Assembly: GCA_003567475.1 (NCBI GenBank)
Contig: PWZL01000012.1
Coordinates: forward strand, 5,290-69,289
Length of the DNA: 64,000 bases
Direction: 5' to 3'
DNA from: Gammaproteobacteria bacterium
Lineage (GTDB): Bacteria; Pseudomonadota; Gammaproteobacteria; Steroidobacterales; PWYM01
How positions within the stretch are numbered: the stretch's first letter is position 1; every line of letters begins with the position of its first letter. Of this stretch, positions 39,853-49,909 are shown piece after piece. The notes under the pieces were generated by a model. That model was not told where the DNA came from. It worked only from the letters and a program-made list of their open reading frames with translations, and ran no database searches. The position numbers and the translations under genes are program-made.

Positions 39853-40458
39853 ATGAACGATCTGCTTCAGCAACTCCGCGCGCTCGACGTCAATGACATC
39901 GGTCGCTGGCCATTTGTTTTCCGGGCGGCCGTGATCGTGATTCTGCTGGTGGCGGTGATCGCCGGCGGGTTCTACATGTTCATCGTCAACGACCGGGCCG
40001 GCATTCTCGAGCGCGCCGAGGGCGAAGAACGCCAGCTGCGCGCCCGCTTCGAACAGGCGCAACGTCAGGCTGCCAATCTGGATGCCTACCGGGCCCAGTT
40101 CGACGAAATGGAGCGCAGCTTCGGCACCATGCTTCGCCAGCTGCCCAGTCAGACCGAGGTGCCCAACCTGCTCGTGGATATCTCCCAGACGGGGCTGGCG
40201 GCCGGACTCGAGGAGCGGCTGTTCCAGCCCAGCCCGGAAGTACAGCGTGACTTCTATGCCGAATTGCCGATCCGGATCAGGCTGGTGGGCAGTTACCACG
40301 AGATGGGTGAGTTCGTCAGCGGGATCGCGGCGCTGCCACGGATCGTCACCCTGCATGACATCCAGATCACGCAGGAGGGAGATCGCAGCCCGACCGGCCG
40401 ACTGGTCCTCGATGTGACCGCGAAGACCTACCGCTATCTCGACGAGGAGGGCGCATGA
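39853..40458 (+). CDS. pilO: Type IV pilus alignment protein PilO
   Basis: ORF trimmed to the ATG at 39853 (GGAGGG upstream). It has a TM helix, a coiled-coil, and ...LPIRIRLVGSYHEMGEFVSGIAALPRIVTLHD.... Confidence 0.88.
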   Translation: MNDLLQQLRALDVNDIGRWPFVFRAAVIVILLVAVIAGGFYMFIVNDRAGILERAEGEERQLRARFEQAQRQAANLDAYRAQFDEMERSFGTMLRQLPSQTEVPNLLVDISQTGLAAGLEERLFQPSPEVQRDFYAELPIRIRLVGSYHEMGEFVSGIAALPRIVTLHDIQITQEGDRSPTGRLVLDVTAKTYRYLDEEGA

Positions 40459-40991
40459 GCCTGTCGCGCCGAATTCCCCAGGTCGGGTTGCTGTCGCTGA
40501 GCGCGGTGGCTCTGCTCCTGAGCAGCGGCTGCAGCAACCGCATGGACGACCTCGAAGCCTATATCGACCAGGTCAAGGCCAGGCCAGGCGGGCGGATCGA
40601 ACCGTTGCCCGAAGTCCGGCCCGCACCCAGCCACGTCTATGCCGCCGGCCGTGACGGGGTGCGCTCGCCATTCACGCCGGATACGCAGGTTGCCGCACGC
40701 CCGGGCGGCGTCGACGCCCCTGATCGTGACCGGCCCCGCCAGTACCTTGAGCAGTTCCCCCTCGACACCATGCGAATGGTGGGAACGCTGGATCTGCAAG
40801 GCCAGATGTTTGCGCTGGTGCAGACGCGCGACGGCCTGGTGCACCGGGTCGCGCCCGGAAACTACCTCGGACAGAGTGATGGCCGCATCACCTCCATATC
40901 GGAGTCGGAGATCCGCCTGACCGAGATCGTCGCCGACGGGCTCGGGGGCTACATGGAGCGGCCGGCCGCGCTGGCACTGAGTGAGAACTGA
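40455..40991 (+). CDS. pilP: Type IV pilus lipoprotein PilP
   Basis: It has the lipobox LLLSSGC and ...DLQGQMFALVQTRDGLVHRVAPGNYLGQSDGRITSISESEIRLTEIV..., a PilP beta-domain. Confidence 0.82.
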   Translation: MSLSRRIPQVGLLSLSAVALLLSSGCSNRMDDLEAYIDQVKARPGGRIEPLPEVRPAPSHVYAAGRDGVRSPFTPDTQVAARPGGVDAPDRDRPRQYLEQFPLDTMRMVGTLDLQGQMFALVQTRDGLVHRVAPGNYLGQSDGRITSISESEIRLTEIVADGLGGYMERPAALALSEN

Positions 40992-41034
40992 AACCGCCGG
41001 GGCGCCGCCCCGGACGTCGATGGGAGTAAACGGG

Positions 41035-43212
41035 ATGATCTGTGAACGCAAGCCGCAGGTGTTGGCACGTACGCCGGGGCTCGGAGCCCTGGCGCAGCTT
41101 GCCGCGGTCGCGCTGCTGGCACTGGGCGTCGCTGCGACGGCGACCGCCGCCGAGCGGGCGCTGCAGGACATCGACGTGCAGACGCTGCCGGGAAATCGGC
41201 TTGAATTGCGGTTGACGCTTGATGGCGCCGCCCCCGAGCCACTGGCCTTTACGATCGACTCCCCGGCGCGGATCGCCCTGGATCTGCCGGATACTTCGCT
41301 CGCCTTGCCCAACCGGCGCCGCGACATCAACGTGGGGCCCCTGAATACGATTCTTGCGGCAGAGGCCGATGGCCGCACGCGGGTGGTGCTGAACCTCGAC
41401 GCCATGGTCCCCTATCAGACCCGCGTGAGCGGCAATAGCATTGTCGTGACCCTCGGCAGCGATGCCGGCCAGGTGCCTGCGGCCGCATTCCCGGCCGCGG
41501 CCGAGACCCCGCGTCAGTCCGGGCCGGTGCGCGCCGCGCGAACCGTCCAGGACATCGACTTCCGCCGCAGTGCGGAGGGCGCCGGGCGTATCGAGGTCCG
41601 CCTGTCCGACCCGAACACCACGGTGGACGTACGTGAAGAAGGCGGCCGTGTCGTCGTCTCGTTCCGCGATACCGTGTTGCCCGCCGACCTGATGCGTCGC
41701 CTGGACGTGGTCGACTTCGCCACGCCGGTCACCACCGTCGATGCGCTGCGGGCCGATCGCGATACCCGCATGGTGATCGCCGCGACGGGTGACTGGGAGC
41801 ACCTGGCCTTCCAGTCCGACACCCTGTTCACCGTCGAAGTCTCGGAAGTGGTGAGGCGTGAAGAGCCGCGCAGTCCCTTCGATGAGGAAAAGACCTATTC
41901 CGGCGAACGTCTCACACTGAACTTCCAGGATATCGAAGTCCGCGCGGTCCTCCAGCTGCTTGCCGATATTTCCGGTCTGAACATGGTGGTCGCAGACAGC
42001 GTGACCGGTAGCGTCACCCTGCGCCTGCAGAATGTGCCCTGGGACCAGGCGCTGGACATCGTGATGGCCACCCGCGGGCTCGACAGCCGGCGAAACGGTG
42101 ACGTGCTGCTGATTGCGCCGGCCGCCGAGATTGCCGCGCGCGAACGCGCCGAGCTCGCCTCGCGTGCGGAGATCCAGCAGCTCGAGCCGCTGCGCTCGGA
42201 ATTTCTGCAGGTCAATTACGCCAAGGCCGCCGATCTCGGGCGGCTGATCGCCGGCGAGGGGCGCACGCGCAGCTTTCTTTCCGAGCGCGGCAGTGTCGCC
42301 ATCGACGAGCGCACCAATACGCTGCTGCTCAATGATACGGCCTCGCGGCTGGCGGACATCCGCCGGCTGGTGGCCACCCTCGATATCCCGGTGCGCCAGG
42401 TCCTGATCGAGTCGCGCATCGTCATCGTCAGCGACGATTTCAACCGCGAGTTCGGTGCCCGTCTCGGGGTGACCCAGGTGGGTGAGCGTGGCGGCAGCGG
42501 CCTGGTCTCGGTGACCGGTACCAGTGCCGGGGCTGCCAGCATTGTCGATTCCGCCTTGAGCAACCGCGCCGGGACCGGGCAGCCCTTCCCGGTGCAGGTC
42601 GGGAGCATCGACCAGCGGTACAATGTGAATCTCCCGATCAACAACCCGGCAGGCTCCATTGCGCTGTCCTTCCTCGGGTCGGACACGCTGATCGATCTCG
42701 AACTCTCCGCCCTCCAGGCCGAAGGTCGAGCTGAAGTGATCTCGACGCCGCGGGTGATCGTGTCCAACCAGCGCGAGGCGAGGATAGAGCAGGGCGTGGA
42801 AATTCCGTTCCAGGAGTCCTCGGCCAGCGGTGCCACGGCCACGCAGTTCAAGAAAGCGGTGCTCAGTCTGACCGTGACGCCCCAGATCACGCCTGACAAT
42901 CGCGTGATCATGGATCTGAACGTCAGCAAGGACAACGTCGGCGAAGTCGTCCCCAGCGCTACCGGCGGTTTCGTGCCCAGCATCGATACGCGGCAGATCT
43001 CCACTCAGGTGCTGGTCAACGACGGCGAAACCGTCGTGCTTGGTGGCATCTTCGAGACCGAGCGGCGCGAGTTCTCCAGCAAGGTGCCGATCCTCGGTGA
43101 CATCCCGGTACTCGGCCACCTGTTCCGCCAGAGCCAGAACGCGAGCAACAAGGCCGAACTCCTGATCTTCGTCACGCCGAGGATTCTGCGCGAAGGCGCC
43201 TCCCTCCAGTAA
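41035..43212 (+). CDS. pilQ: Type IV pilus secretin PilQ
   Basis: Start at the ATG at 41035 (GGGAG 7 nt upstream; 41020 or 40981 are possible). It has AMIN-like N-terminal repeats (...LPGNRLELRLTLDG...ARIALDLPDT...) and a secretin C-domain ending VPILGDIPVLGHLFR...ELLIFVTPRIL. Confidence 0.93.
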   Translation: MICERKPQVLARTPGLGALAQLAAVALLALGVAATATAAERALQDIDVQTLPGNRLELRLTLDGAAPEPLAFTIDSPARIALDLPDTSLALPNRRRDINVGPLNTILAAEADGRTRVVLNLDAMVPYQTRVSGNSIVVTLGSDAGQVPAAAFPAAAETPRQSGPVRAARTVQDIDFRRSAEGAGRIEVRLSDPNTTVDVREEGGRVVVSFRDTVLPADLMRRLDVVDFATPVTTVDALRADRDTRMVIAATGDWEHLAFQSDTLFTVEVSEVVRREEPRSPFDEEKTYSGERLTLNFQDIEVRAVLQLLADISGLNMVVADSVTGSVTLRLQNVPWDQALDIVMATRGLDSRRNGDVLLIAPAAEIAARERAELASRAEIQQLEPLRSEFLQVNYAKAADLGRLIAGEGRTRSFLSERGSVAIDERTNTLLLNDTASRLADIRRLVATLDIPVRQVLIESRIVIVSDDFNREFGARLGVTQVGERGGSGLVSVTGTSAGAASIVDSALSNRAGTGQPFPVQVGSIDQRYNVNLPINNPAGSIALSFLGSDTLIDLELSALQAEGRAEVISTPRVIVSNQREARIEQGVEIPFQESSASGATATQFKKAVLSLTVTPQITPDNRVIMDLNVSKDNVGEVVPSATGGFVPSIDTRQISTQVLVNDGETVVLGGIFETERREFSSKVPILGDIPVLGHLFRQSQNASNKAELLIFVTPRILREGASLQ

Positions 43213-43225
43213 TCGGGCCACAGCC

Positions 43226-45121
43226 ATGAACACACGCATGCAACTCCTCATCCGCAACGCCCGCCATGCCGTGCTCGTGCTGGCAGCGGGAACCCTCGCC
43301 GCCTGCGGCGGCGGTGACCCCTTCTCCGATCCGGGCAACGACGCCGGCGCCGGCGGCCAGCAACCGGATACCCGGGCCGCCGACATGTCGTTGTTCGTCA
43401 GCTCTCCCGACCTGCCTTCGGCGAGCGAGGCGCCGGTCACGGTGACCGCCCTGATCCGCGACGCGAATAACAATGTCGTTGTGGGCAGCCCGGTGTTCTT
43501 CACCGCCACCTCCGGCGTCCTGACCATTCCGACCGAGGAAGGCGGTACGGCGACCGACGCGGCGGGACGGGCGAGCGCCGAGCTCGGCGTCGGCCCGGAC
43601 CGTGCGAATCGAGATATCACCGTGACGGCCCGTGCCGGCACCCTCGAGGAGGCGATCACCGTTCGCGTCATCGGCACCCGCTTCCAGGTCACCGGACCCT
43701 CGGACGTGACCCTGGGTGAGAACATCCAGCTCACCGCCCGGCTGCTGGATTCCGCCAATCGTGGCATCCCCGGGCAGGCCATCGAGGTCAGTTCATCGCT
43801 GGGCAACCCGTTGAGCAGCGACTCCCTGACGACTTCGGAGAGCGGGGAGGTCAACGTCAGCCTGTCCGCGTCACAGGCAGGTGAAGATACGGTCGAGTTT
43901 CGTTGGGCGCCGGCTTCCGGCAGCCCCACGCTGGTGCAGTCGCGTACGGTCGGCATTTCACCTGATCAGCTGGAATTCGTCGTGCCCTCCTCGGGCACCG
44001 AAGTGGCGCTGGGCACGACGGCGACAATCACCGTGCGGCGTTTGTCCGACGGTGCGCCTGTTGCCGGCGACACCCTGAGTTTCTCGAGCACCCGTGGCAC
44101 GCTGTCGGCCTTCAGTGCGACAACCAACGCCGCCGGTGAGGCCTCGGTCAGCCTGACCTCCTCGACCGCAGGCCCGGCGACGATTACCGCCACCCAGGGC
44201 GACGGGGCGAGCGTGCAGCGCACTATCGAATTCGTCGCCACCGAACCGGCCACCGTCAGCCTGCGGGCCTCGTCCTTTACGCTCGCGCCGGAACAGACCA
44301 GCGACATTACGGCGCTGATCCGCGACGCGGCGGGCAATCCGGTGAAAAACGCCACGGTGGTGTTCAGCCTGAACGACAACACAGGCGGCAGCCTGACCTC
44401 TGGCCAGGGCATCACCGACAGCACCGGCCGGGTCACTGTGGTGTATCGGGCGGGGGCCACCAGCAGCGCCCAGAACGGCGTGCAGATCCGCGCCTACCCG
44501 GCCAGCAACCCGGCCGTGGAGGGCGTGCTCAACCTCACGGTGGCGCGGCGCGAACTGTTCGTGACCATCGGCACCGACAACGAGATTCGCGAACTGCCCA
44601 ACCAGGCTGCTTACGAGGTGGATTTCGCCATCGTCGTGACGGATGCCGACGGTGTGGGTGTCGCCAACGCCAACGTTGATCTCAGTGCGGTCTCGCTCGC
44701 CTATCGCAAGGGCTTCTGGGAGCAGCCGATTCTCACCCAGCCCTGGATCCAGGTGGTCAATGCGACCTGTCTGAGCGAGGACGTCAATCGTGACGGCGTC
44801 TATGATCCGGCCTTCGATGAGAACAACAACGGTCGCCTGGATCCGGGTAACGTGGCCGCGATCTCGGCGGCTGCCGGGGGCGGGACCCTGGTGACAGATG
44901 CCAACGGTATCGGCCGGGCCATCCTGACCTATCCTCAGGACCGTGCGCAGTGGGTGCGCGTGGAGATCTCGGCGCGCACCGGCACTGACGGCACGGAGTT
45001 CATCGACAGCCGTCGCCTGTGGCTGCCGATTGCAGCCTCCGACGTGAACGCAAGCTCCGCCTCCCCGCCCGGTCGTGTCAGCCCGTATGGTGTCGCGTCC
45101 GTTTGCAGCGATCCTGATTGA
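43226..45121 (+). CDS. Lipoprotein with about 4-5 tandem bacterial Ig-like (Big_1/invasin-like) domains and a Ca-binding-like C-terminal region
   Basis: It has a signal peptide and lipobox (VLVLAAGTLAAC-GGG). A repeated module of about 95 aa recurs, for example VTVTALIRDANNNVVVGSPVFF, IQLTARLLDSANRGIPGQAIEV, ATITVRRLSDGAPVAGDTLSF and SDITALIRDAAGNPVKNATVVF. An Asp/Asn-rich loop DVNRDGVYDPAFDENNNGRLDPGN is present. The gene starts 13 nt after pilQ and ends 3 nt before aroK. Confidence 0.75.
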   Translation: MNTRMQLLIRNARHAVLVLAAGTLAACGGGDPFSDPGNDAGAGGQQPDTRAADMSLFVSSPDLPSASEAPVTVTALIRDANNNVVVGSPVFFTATSGVLTIPTEEGGTATDAAGRASAELGVGPDRANRDITVTARAGTLEEAITVRVIGTRFQVTGPSDVTLGENIQLTARLLDSANRGIPGQAIEVSSSLGNPLSSDSLTTSESGEVNVSLSASQAGEDTVEFRWAPASGSPTLVQSRTVGISPDQLEFVVPSSGTEVALGTTATITVRRLSDGAPVAGDTLSFSSTRGTLSAFSATTNAAGEASVSLTSSTAGPATITATQGDGASVQRTIEFVATEPATVSLRASSFTLAPEQTSDITALIRDAAGNPVKNATVVFSLNDNTGGSLTSGQGITDSTGRVTVVYRAGATSSAQNGVQIRAYPASNPAVEGVLNLTVARRELFVTIGTDNEIRELPNQAAYEVDFAIVVTDADGVGVANANVDLSAVSLAYRKGFWEQPILTQPWIQVVNATCLSEDVNRDGVYDPAFDENNNGRLDPGNVAAISAAAGGGTLVTDANGIGRAILTYPQDRAQWVRVEISARTGTDGTEFIDSRRLWLPIAASDVNASSASPPGRVSPYGVASVCSDPD

Positions 45122-45124
45122 GGC

Positions 45125-45661
45125 GTGTCGTCGGGGCGCAGTGCCAACGTTTTCCTGGTCGGGCCCATGGGCTCGGGCAAGTCGGCGGTCGGCCGTCACC
45201 TTGCCCGCAGCCTGGGTCTCGAATTCCATGACAGCGACGACGCCATCGAGCAGCGAACGGGTGTGGATATCCCGTTCATCTTCGAGAAAGAGGGCGAAGC
45301 GGGGTTCCGACGGCGCGAGGAGGACATCATCGGCGAGTTGGCCGCCCTCGACGGAATTGTCCTGGCCACCGGCGGTGGCGCCATCCTGTCGGCCGAGAAC
45401 CGCAGGGTACTGTCAGCCCGCGGGACGGTGGTCTATCTCGCCGCCACGATTGATCAGCAGGTCGCCCGCACCCGACACGGACGTGAGCGACCGCTGCTGA
45501 CGGGCAAGGATTCGCGGGCCGTGCTGACCGCCCTGATGGCCGAGCGCGAGCCCCTGTATCGCGAGATCTCCGATCTGGTGATCGAGACCGACGCCCGCAA
45601 GGTCGCCGCGGTTTGCCGGGAGATCATCGAGCGGCTGGACGGCACCGCCGGATCGTCATAG
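45125..45661 (+). CDS. aroK: Shikimate kinase
   Basis: GTG start. It has the P-loop VFLVGPMGSGKSAVGRHLA and ...GGGAIL.... Confidence 0.93.
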   Translation: MSSGRSANVFLVGPMGSGKSAVGRHLARSLGLEFHDSDDAIEQRTGVDIPFIFEKEGEAGFRRREEDIIGELAALDGIVLATGGGAILSAENRRVLSARGTVVYLAATIDQQVARTRHGRERPLLTGKDSRAVLTALMAEREPLYREISDLVIETDARKVAAVCREIIERLDGTAGSS

Positions 45662-45731
45662 GCAAGTCATACGCCCCTGGCAGACTGCCAAGCTTGCACT
45701 CTGCTGGATCGAGCCGCCAGAATCCGTTCTC

Positions 45732-46838
45732 ATGAATACCCCTGATGGCCTGCGCAGCCTGCGTGTCGGCCTTGGCGAGCGCGCCTATTGCATCCATGTC
45801 GGTCCCGGCCTGCTCCGGCGGGGCGAGCTGCTGGCCGACTGTCTGCCGGGCGGCGACGTGCTGCTGGTGAGCAACGAGACGGTCGCGCCGTTTTATCTCG
45901 AGACGGCCCGGACGACCCTGCTCGGATCGGGCCGCCGCGTCGAGACGCTGGTGCTCCCGGACGGTGAAGTCCACAAGACCCTGGCGAGCTTCGGGCGCGT
46001 CGTCGACGCCCTGGCCAGCGGCCGTTTCCACCGGGACTGCTGCGTCGCGGCGCTCGGTGGCGGAGTGATCGGCGATCTCGCCGGCTTCGCCGCGGCAAGT
46101 TATCAGCGCGGCGTGGCCCTGCTGCAGCTGCCGACCACGCTGCTCGCCCAGGTCGACTCCTCGGTGGGCGGCAAGACCGCCGTCAACCATCCTGTCGGCA
46201 AGAACCTCATTGGTGCCTTCCACCAGCCTGTCGGAGTCCTCGCCGACACCGATACCCTGGCCACCCTGCCGCCGCGCGAATATGCAGCCGGGCTGGCGGA
46301 AGTCATCAAGTATGGATTGATTCTCGATGCCGAATTTCTCGATTGGCTGGAGCACCACATGCCGGCATTGCTGGAGCGTGCGCCGGCGCCGCTGGCCGAG
46401 GCGATCGTGCGCAGCTGCGAGCTCAAGGCCCGGGTGGTGGTCGAGGACGAGCGCGAGCACGGACGCCGTGCGCTGTTGAATCTCGGTCATACCTTCGGGC
46501 ATGCCATCGAGGCGCTGGCAGGCTACGGCGAGTGGCTGCATGGCGAGGCCGTCGCCGCCGGCATGGTGATGGCCGCGGAAACCTCTCACCGCCTGGGCTG
46601 GCTCGATGAGGCCTCGCTGGCGCGCGTGCGTAGGCTGGTCGCCGCGGCTGGCCTGCCCGTCGCAGCGCCGCACTTCGCGCCGGAGGCGATGCTCGCCGCC
46701 ATGGGGATGGACAAGAAAGTCATCGGGGGGCGGCTGCGCCTGGTGCTGCTCGAGGCACTCGGCAGGGCCGTCGTCGTCAGCGATGTTCCGCGGGAGCTGC
46801 TGCTCGGAGTGCTCAGTGATGTCCGTCGTGCCAGCTGA
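45732..46838 (+). CDS. aroB: 3-dehydroquinate synthase
   Basis: 368 aa. It has ...GGGVIGDLAGFAAA..., ...DSSVGGKTAVNHP... and ...LNLGHTFGHAIE.... Confidence 0.95.
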   Translation: MNTPDGLRSLRVGLGERAYCIHVGPGLLRRGELLADCLPGGDVLLVSNETVAPFYLETARTTLLGSGRRVETLVLPDGEVHKTLASFGRVVDALASGRFHRDCCVAALGGGVIGDLAGFAAASYQRGVALLQLPTTLLAQVDSSVGGKTAVNHPVGKNLIGAFHQPVGVLADTDTLATLPPREYAAGLAEVIKYGLILDAEFLDWLEHHMPALLERAPAPLAEAIVRSCELKARVVVEDEREHGRRALLNLGHTFGHAIEALAGYGEWLHGEAVAAGMVMAAETSHRLGWLDEASLARVRRLVAAAGLPVAAPHFAPEAMLAAMGMDKKVIGGRLRLVLLEALGRAVVVSDVPRELLLGVLSDVRRAS

Positions 46839-48024
46839 TCGTCTGCCCGACACCTGGATGCGGCGGCACCCTGACCGGCGCCTCGCCCCGTGGGCGGCCT
46901 GGGATGAGCGCAGTCGCGGACGACGCTTCGAGGAGCCGCCACCTGCCCTGCGCGGCGAATTTCAACGGGATCGCGACCGCATCATTCACTGCACGGCCTT
47001 CCGGCGGCTGGTCTACAAGACCCAGGTGTTCGTCAACCATGAGGGGGATCTCTACCGCACCCGCCTCACCCATTCGCTGGAAGTGGCCCAGATCGCGCGC
47101 ACCATCGCCCGTGCGCTGGGCCTGAACGAGTACCTGGTCGAGGCGATATCACTGGCCCATGATCTGGGCCATACACCCTTCGGGCATGCCGGTCAGGACG
47201 CCCTGAACGCCTGCATGCGCGACTACGGTGGCTTCGAGCACAACCTGCAGTCGCTGCGGGTGGTCGACGAGCTCGAGGAAAAGTACGCGGACTTCCCGGG
47301 TCTGAACCTCACCTTTGAAACCCGTGAGGGCGTTCTCAAGCACTGTGCCCTCAAGCATGCCCGCACCCTCGGGGAACTCGGTCAGCGGTTCATCGACCGC
47401 ACCCAGCCGTCCCTGGAGGCACAGCTTGCGAACCTCGCCGACGCGGTTGCCTACAACAACCATGACATCGACGATGGCTTGCGGGCCGGCCTGCTCGACA
47501 TGGAAGCCCTCCAGGAGGTGGTGCTGTTCCGGCTTCAATACGAGGCGGTGCGGGCCAGTTATCCGACGCTGCGCGGTCGTCGTCTGATCCATGAGGTCGT
47601 CCGTCGGATGATCGATGCGACGGTCGCGGATCTTGTGGCCACCACGGCGGCCCGGCTGTTCGACCGCGAGCCGGCGGATATCGATGCCGTGCGGGCGCAC
47701 CCGGAGCCGCTGGTGGCGTTTTCCCCGGAAATGGCCGGCTACAGCCGCGACATGAAGCGTTACCTGCACGAGCACCTGTATCGTCACCACCGCGTCCTGC
47801 GCATGACCACCAAGGCGCGCAAGGTGGTCGAGGCGCTGTTCGAAGCGTTCATGGGCGAGCCCCGCCTGATGCCGGATGAGCATGCCGGCCACGCCAAGCT
47901 CTGGCAGGCTGAAAGTGGCGAGATCGGCCGCGCCCGTGCGGTCGCCGACTACATCGCCGGCATGACCGATCGCTATGCCATCAGCGAATACGAACGGCTG
48001 ACCGATCCCCGGCGCACCAGCTGA
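46819..48024 (+). CDS. dgt: dGTPase-like triphosphohydrolase (HD domain)
   Basis: ORF trimmed to the ATG at 46819, which overlaps the aroB end by 20 nt; 46858 is an alternative. It has FQRDRDRIIHCTAFRRL, RLTHSLEVAQIAR and HDLGHTPFGH. Confidence 0.88.
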   Translation: MSVVPADRLPDTWMRRHPDRRLAPWAAWDERSRGRRFEEPPPALRGEFQRDRDRIIHCTAFRRLVYKTQVFVNHEGDLYRTRLTHSLEVAQIARTIARALGLNEYLVEAISLAHDLGHTPFGHAGQDALNACMRDYGGFEHNLQSLRVVDELEEKYADFPGLNLTFETREGVLKHCALKHARTLGELGQRFIDRTQPSLEAQLANLADAVAYNNHDIDDGLRAGLLDMEALQEVVLFRLQYEAVRASYPTLRGRRLIHEVVRRMIDATVADLVATTAARLFDREPADIDAVRAHPEPLVAFSPEMAGYSRDMKRYLHEHLYRHHRVLRMTTKARKVVEALFEAFMGEPRLMPDEHAGHAKLWQAESGEIGRARAVADYIAGMTDRYAISEYERLTDPRRTS

Positions 48025-48099
48025 ACGTCCTGCGGCCACAGCAGCCTGCCGTGAACGGGTAGAATTGCCCTGTTACCGAGGTGTGCTGCCCAGGATCCG

Positions 48100-48816
48100 A
48101 TGCTGATGACGCCCAAGCCCATTCCCGCCGCCGAGCGGCTGATTTTCGCCATGGACGTGCCGAACGTGGAGCGCGCCCGACGCCTGGCCGACGAGCTGGG
48201 CGATGCCGTGCACTTCTACAAACTTGGGCTCGAGCTGATGATGTCCGGCGGATTTTTCGAGCTTGTCGATGAGTTGGCCGCCCGCGGCAAGCGGATTTTT
48301 GCCGATCTCAAGTTTTTCGACGTGCCGGCCACGGTCGCGGCTGCGGTTCGCAGCCTGGGTCAGCGCGGCATCACCTTTGCGACCGTGCACGGCAACCAGT
48401 CGATCATGGAGGCGGCGGCGGAGGCCAAGGGCGACGTCGGCATTCTCGCGGTGACCGTACTCACGAGCCTCGACCGTGGTGATCTCGACGACCTCGGTTT
48501 CACCTGCGACGTCGAGGCGCTGGTGCTCTCGCGGGCACGCCGGGCCCTGGAGGCGGGGTGTGACGGCGTGATCTCCTCGGGTCTCGAGGCACCGAAACTT
48601 CGCGAGCACATCGATGGGCGGCTGCTGGTGGTCACGCCGGGTATCCGGCCAGTGGACAATCGCCCTGAAGATGACCAGAAACGGGTGGTCACGGTGGACC
48701 AGGCCTTCGCCAACGGCGCGGATTACATCGTGGTGGGCCGGCCTATCCGCGATGCCGCCTCGCCGCGCGCCGCGGCCGAAGCCATCCAGGCCACGATCGC
48801 GGAGGTGTGTCGATGA
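48100..48816 (+). CDS. pyrF: Orotidine 5'-phosphate decarboxylase
   Basis: It has [26 protein letters not shown] and ...[10 protein letters not shown].... Confidence 0.93.
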   Translation: MLMTPKPIPAAERLIFAMDVPNVERARRLADELGDAVHFYKLGLELMMSGGFFELVDELAARGKRIFADLKFFDVPATVAAAVRSLGQRGITFATVHGNQSIMEAAAEAKGDVGILAVTVLTSLDRGDLDDLGFTCDVEALVLSRARRALEAGCDGVISSGLEAPKLREHIDGRLLVVTPGIRPVDNRPEDDQKRVVTVDQAFANGADYIVVGRPIRDAASPRAAAEAIQATIAEVCR

Positions 48817-49877
48817 GTCCGCTGAGCAACGACCTGCTGCTGCGGGCCCTGCTGCGCGAGCCCGTCGAGCGCACGCCCGTATGGATGATGCGCCAGGCCG
48901 GCCGCTACCTGCCCGAATACCGGGCGTTGCGGGCCGAGGCGGGCGATTTCCTGACCTTGTGCAGCACGCCCGACCTGGCCTGTGAGATCACGGTGCAGCC
49001 CATCCGGCGCTTCCCGCTGGATGCCGCCATCCTGTTCTCGGACATCCTGACCGTGCCGCATGCGATGGGGCTCGGCTTGTATTTCGCGGAGGGCGAGGGG
49101 CCGCGCTTCAGACACCCGGTGCGCAGCGCGGCCGACGTGGCGAAACTCGGGGTGCCGGACGTCGAAGACGAACTCGGGTATGTCACCGAGGCCGTGCGCC
49201 GTGTCCGCCAAGCGCTCGACGGCCGCGTGCCGCTGATCGGTTTCGCCGGCAGTCCCTGGACGGTGGCCACCTACTGCGTCGAGGGAGGCGGCTCCAAAAA
49301 CCATGCGCGCATCAAGGGCCTGCTGTACGGCGATCCGCAGACCCTGCACCGGCTGCTGGAGCTGCTGGCGCGGGCCACTGTGGACTACCTCAACGCCCAG
49401 ATTTCCGCCGGCGCCCAGGCGGTGATGGTGTTCGATACCTGGGGCGGCCTGCTGGCGCCAGCGGCCTATCGCGAGTTCTCGCTGCAGTACATGGCGCGCA
49501 TCGTCGCCGGGTTGAAGCGCGAAGCCGAGGGCCGGCGAGTGCCGGTGATTCTGTTCACCAAAGGGGCCGGTGCCCGCCTCACCGAGATGGCGGACGTCGG
49601 CTGCGATGCCCTGGGGGTGGACTGGACAACAGACCTCGCCGAGGCGCGCAGGCTGACCGCCGACCGCGTCGCGCTTCAGGGTAACCTCGATCCGAGCGTG
49701 CTGTATGCGCCGCCGGCACGGATTGCCGAGGAAGTGGGGCGGGTGTTGTCGAGCTATGGTCGCGGCCCGGGCCATGTGTTCAACCTCGGCCATGGCATTC
49801 ACCCGGATATCGATCCCGAACACGTCGCCGCCATGCTGGCGGCCGTGCATGCCCGGAGCCCCGCGTTTCACGTCTGA
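48813..49877 (+). CDS. hemE: Uroporphyrinogen decarboxylase
   Basis: The ATG at 48813 forms an ATGA overlap with the pyrF stop, with GGAGG 7 nt upstream. It has [16 protein letters not shown] and ...FDTWGG.... Confidence 0.95.
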   Translation: MSPLSNDLLLRALLREPVERTPVWMMRQAGRYLPEYRALRAEAGDFLTLCSTPDLACEITVQPIRRFPLDAAILFSDILTVPHAMGLGLYFAEGEGPRFRHPVRSAADVAKLGVPDVEDELGYVTEAVRRVRQALDGRVPLIGFAGSPWTVATYCVEGGGSKNHARIKGLLYGDPQTLHRLLELLARATVDYLNAQISAGAQAVMVFDTWGGLLAPAAYREFSLQYMARIVAGLKREAEGRRVPVILFTKGAGARLTEMADVGCDALGVDWTTDLAEARRLTADRVALQGNLDPSVLYAPPARIAEEVGRVLSSYGRGPGHVFNLGHGIHPDIDPEHVAAMLAAVHARSPAFHV

Positions 49878-49909
49878 GGCTCAGGGGTCTCAGGTGTCTC
49901 CGGACGGGC

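Noticed and set aside
40888-43956. 1022-aa ORF on the minus strand spanning pilP, pilQ and the Ig-lipoprotein gene
   Set aside because: It is antisense to genes with unmistakable secretin and PilP motifs. Its translation is low-complexity (R/A/G/P/S-rich) with no recognisable motif or start context. Long stop-free antisense frames are expected at this GC content.
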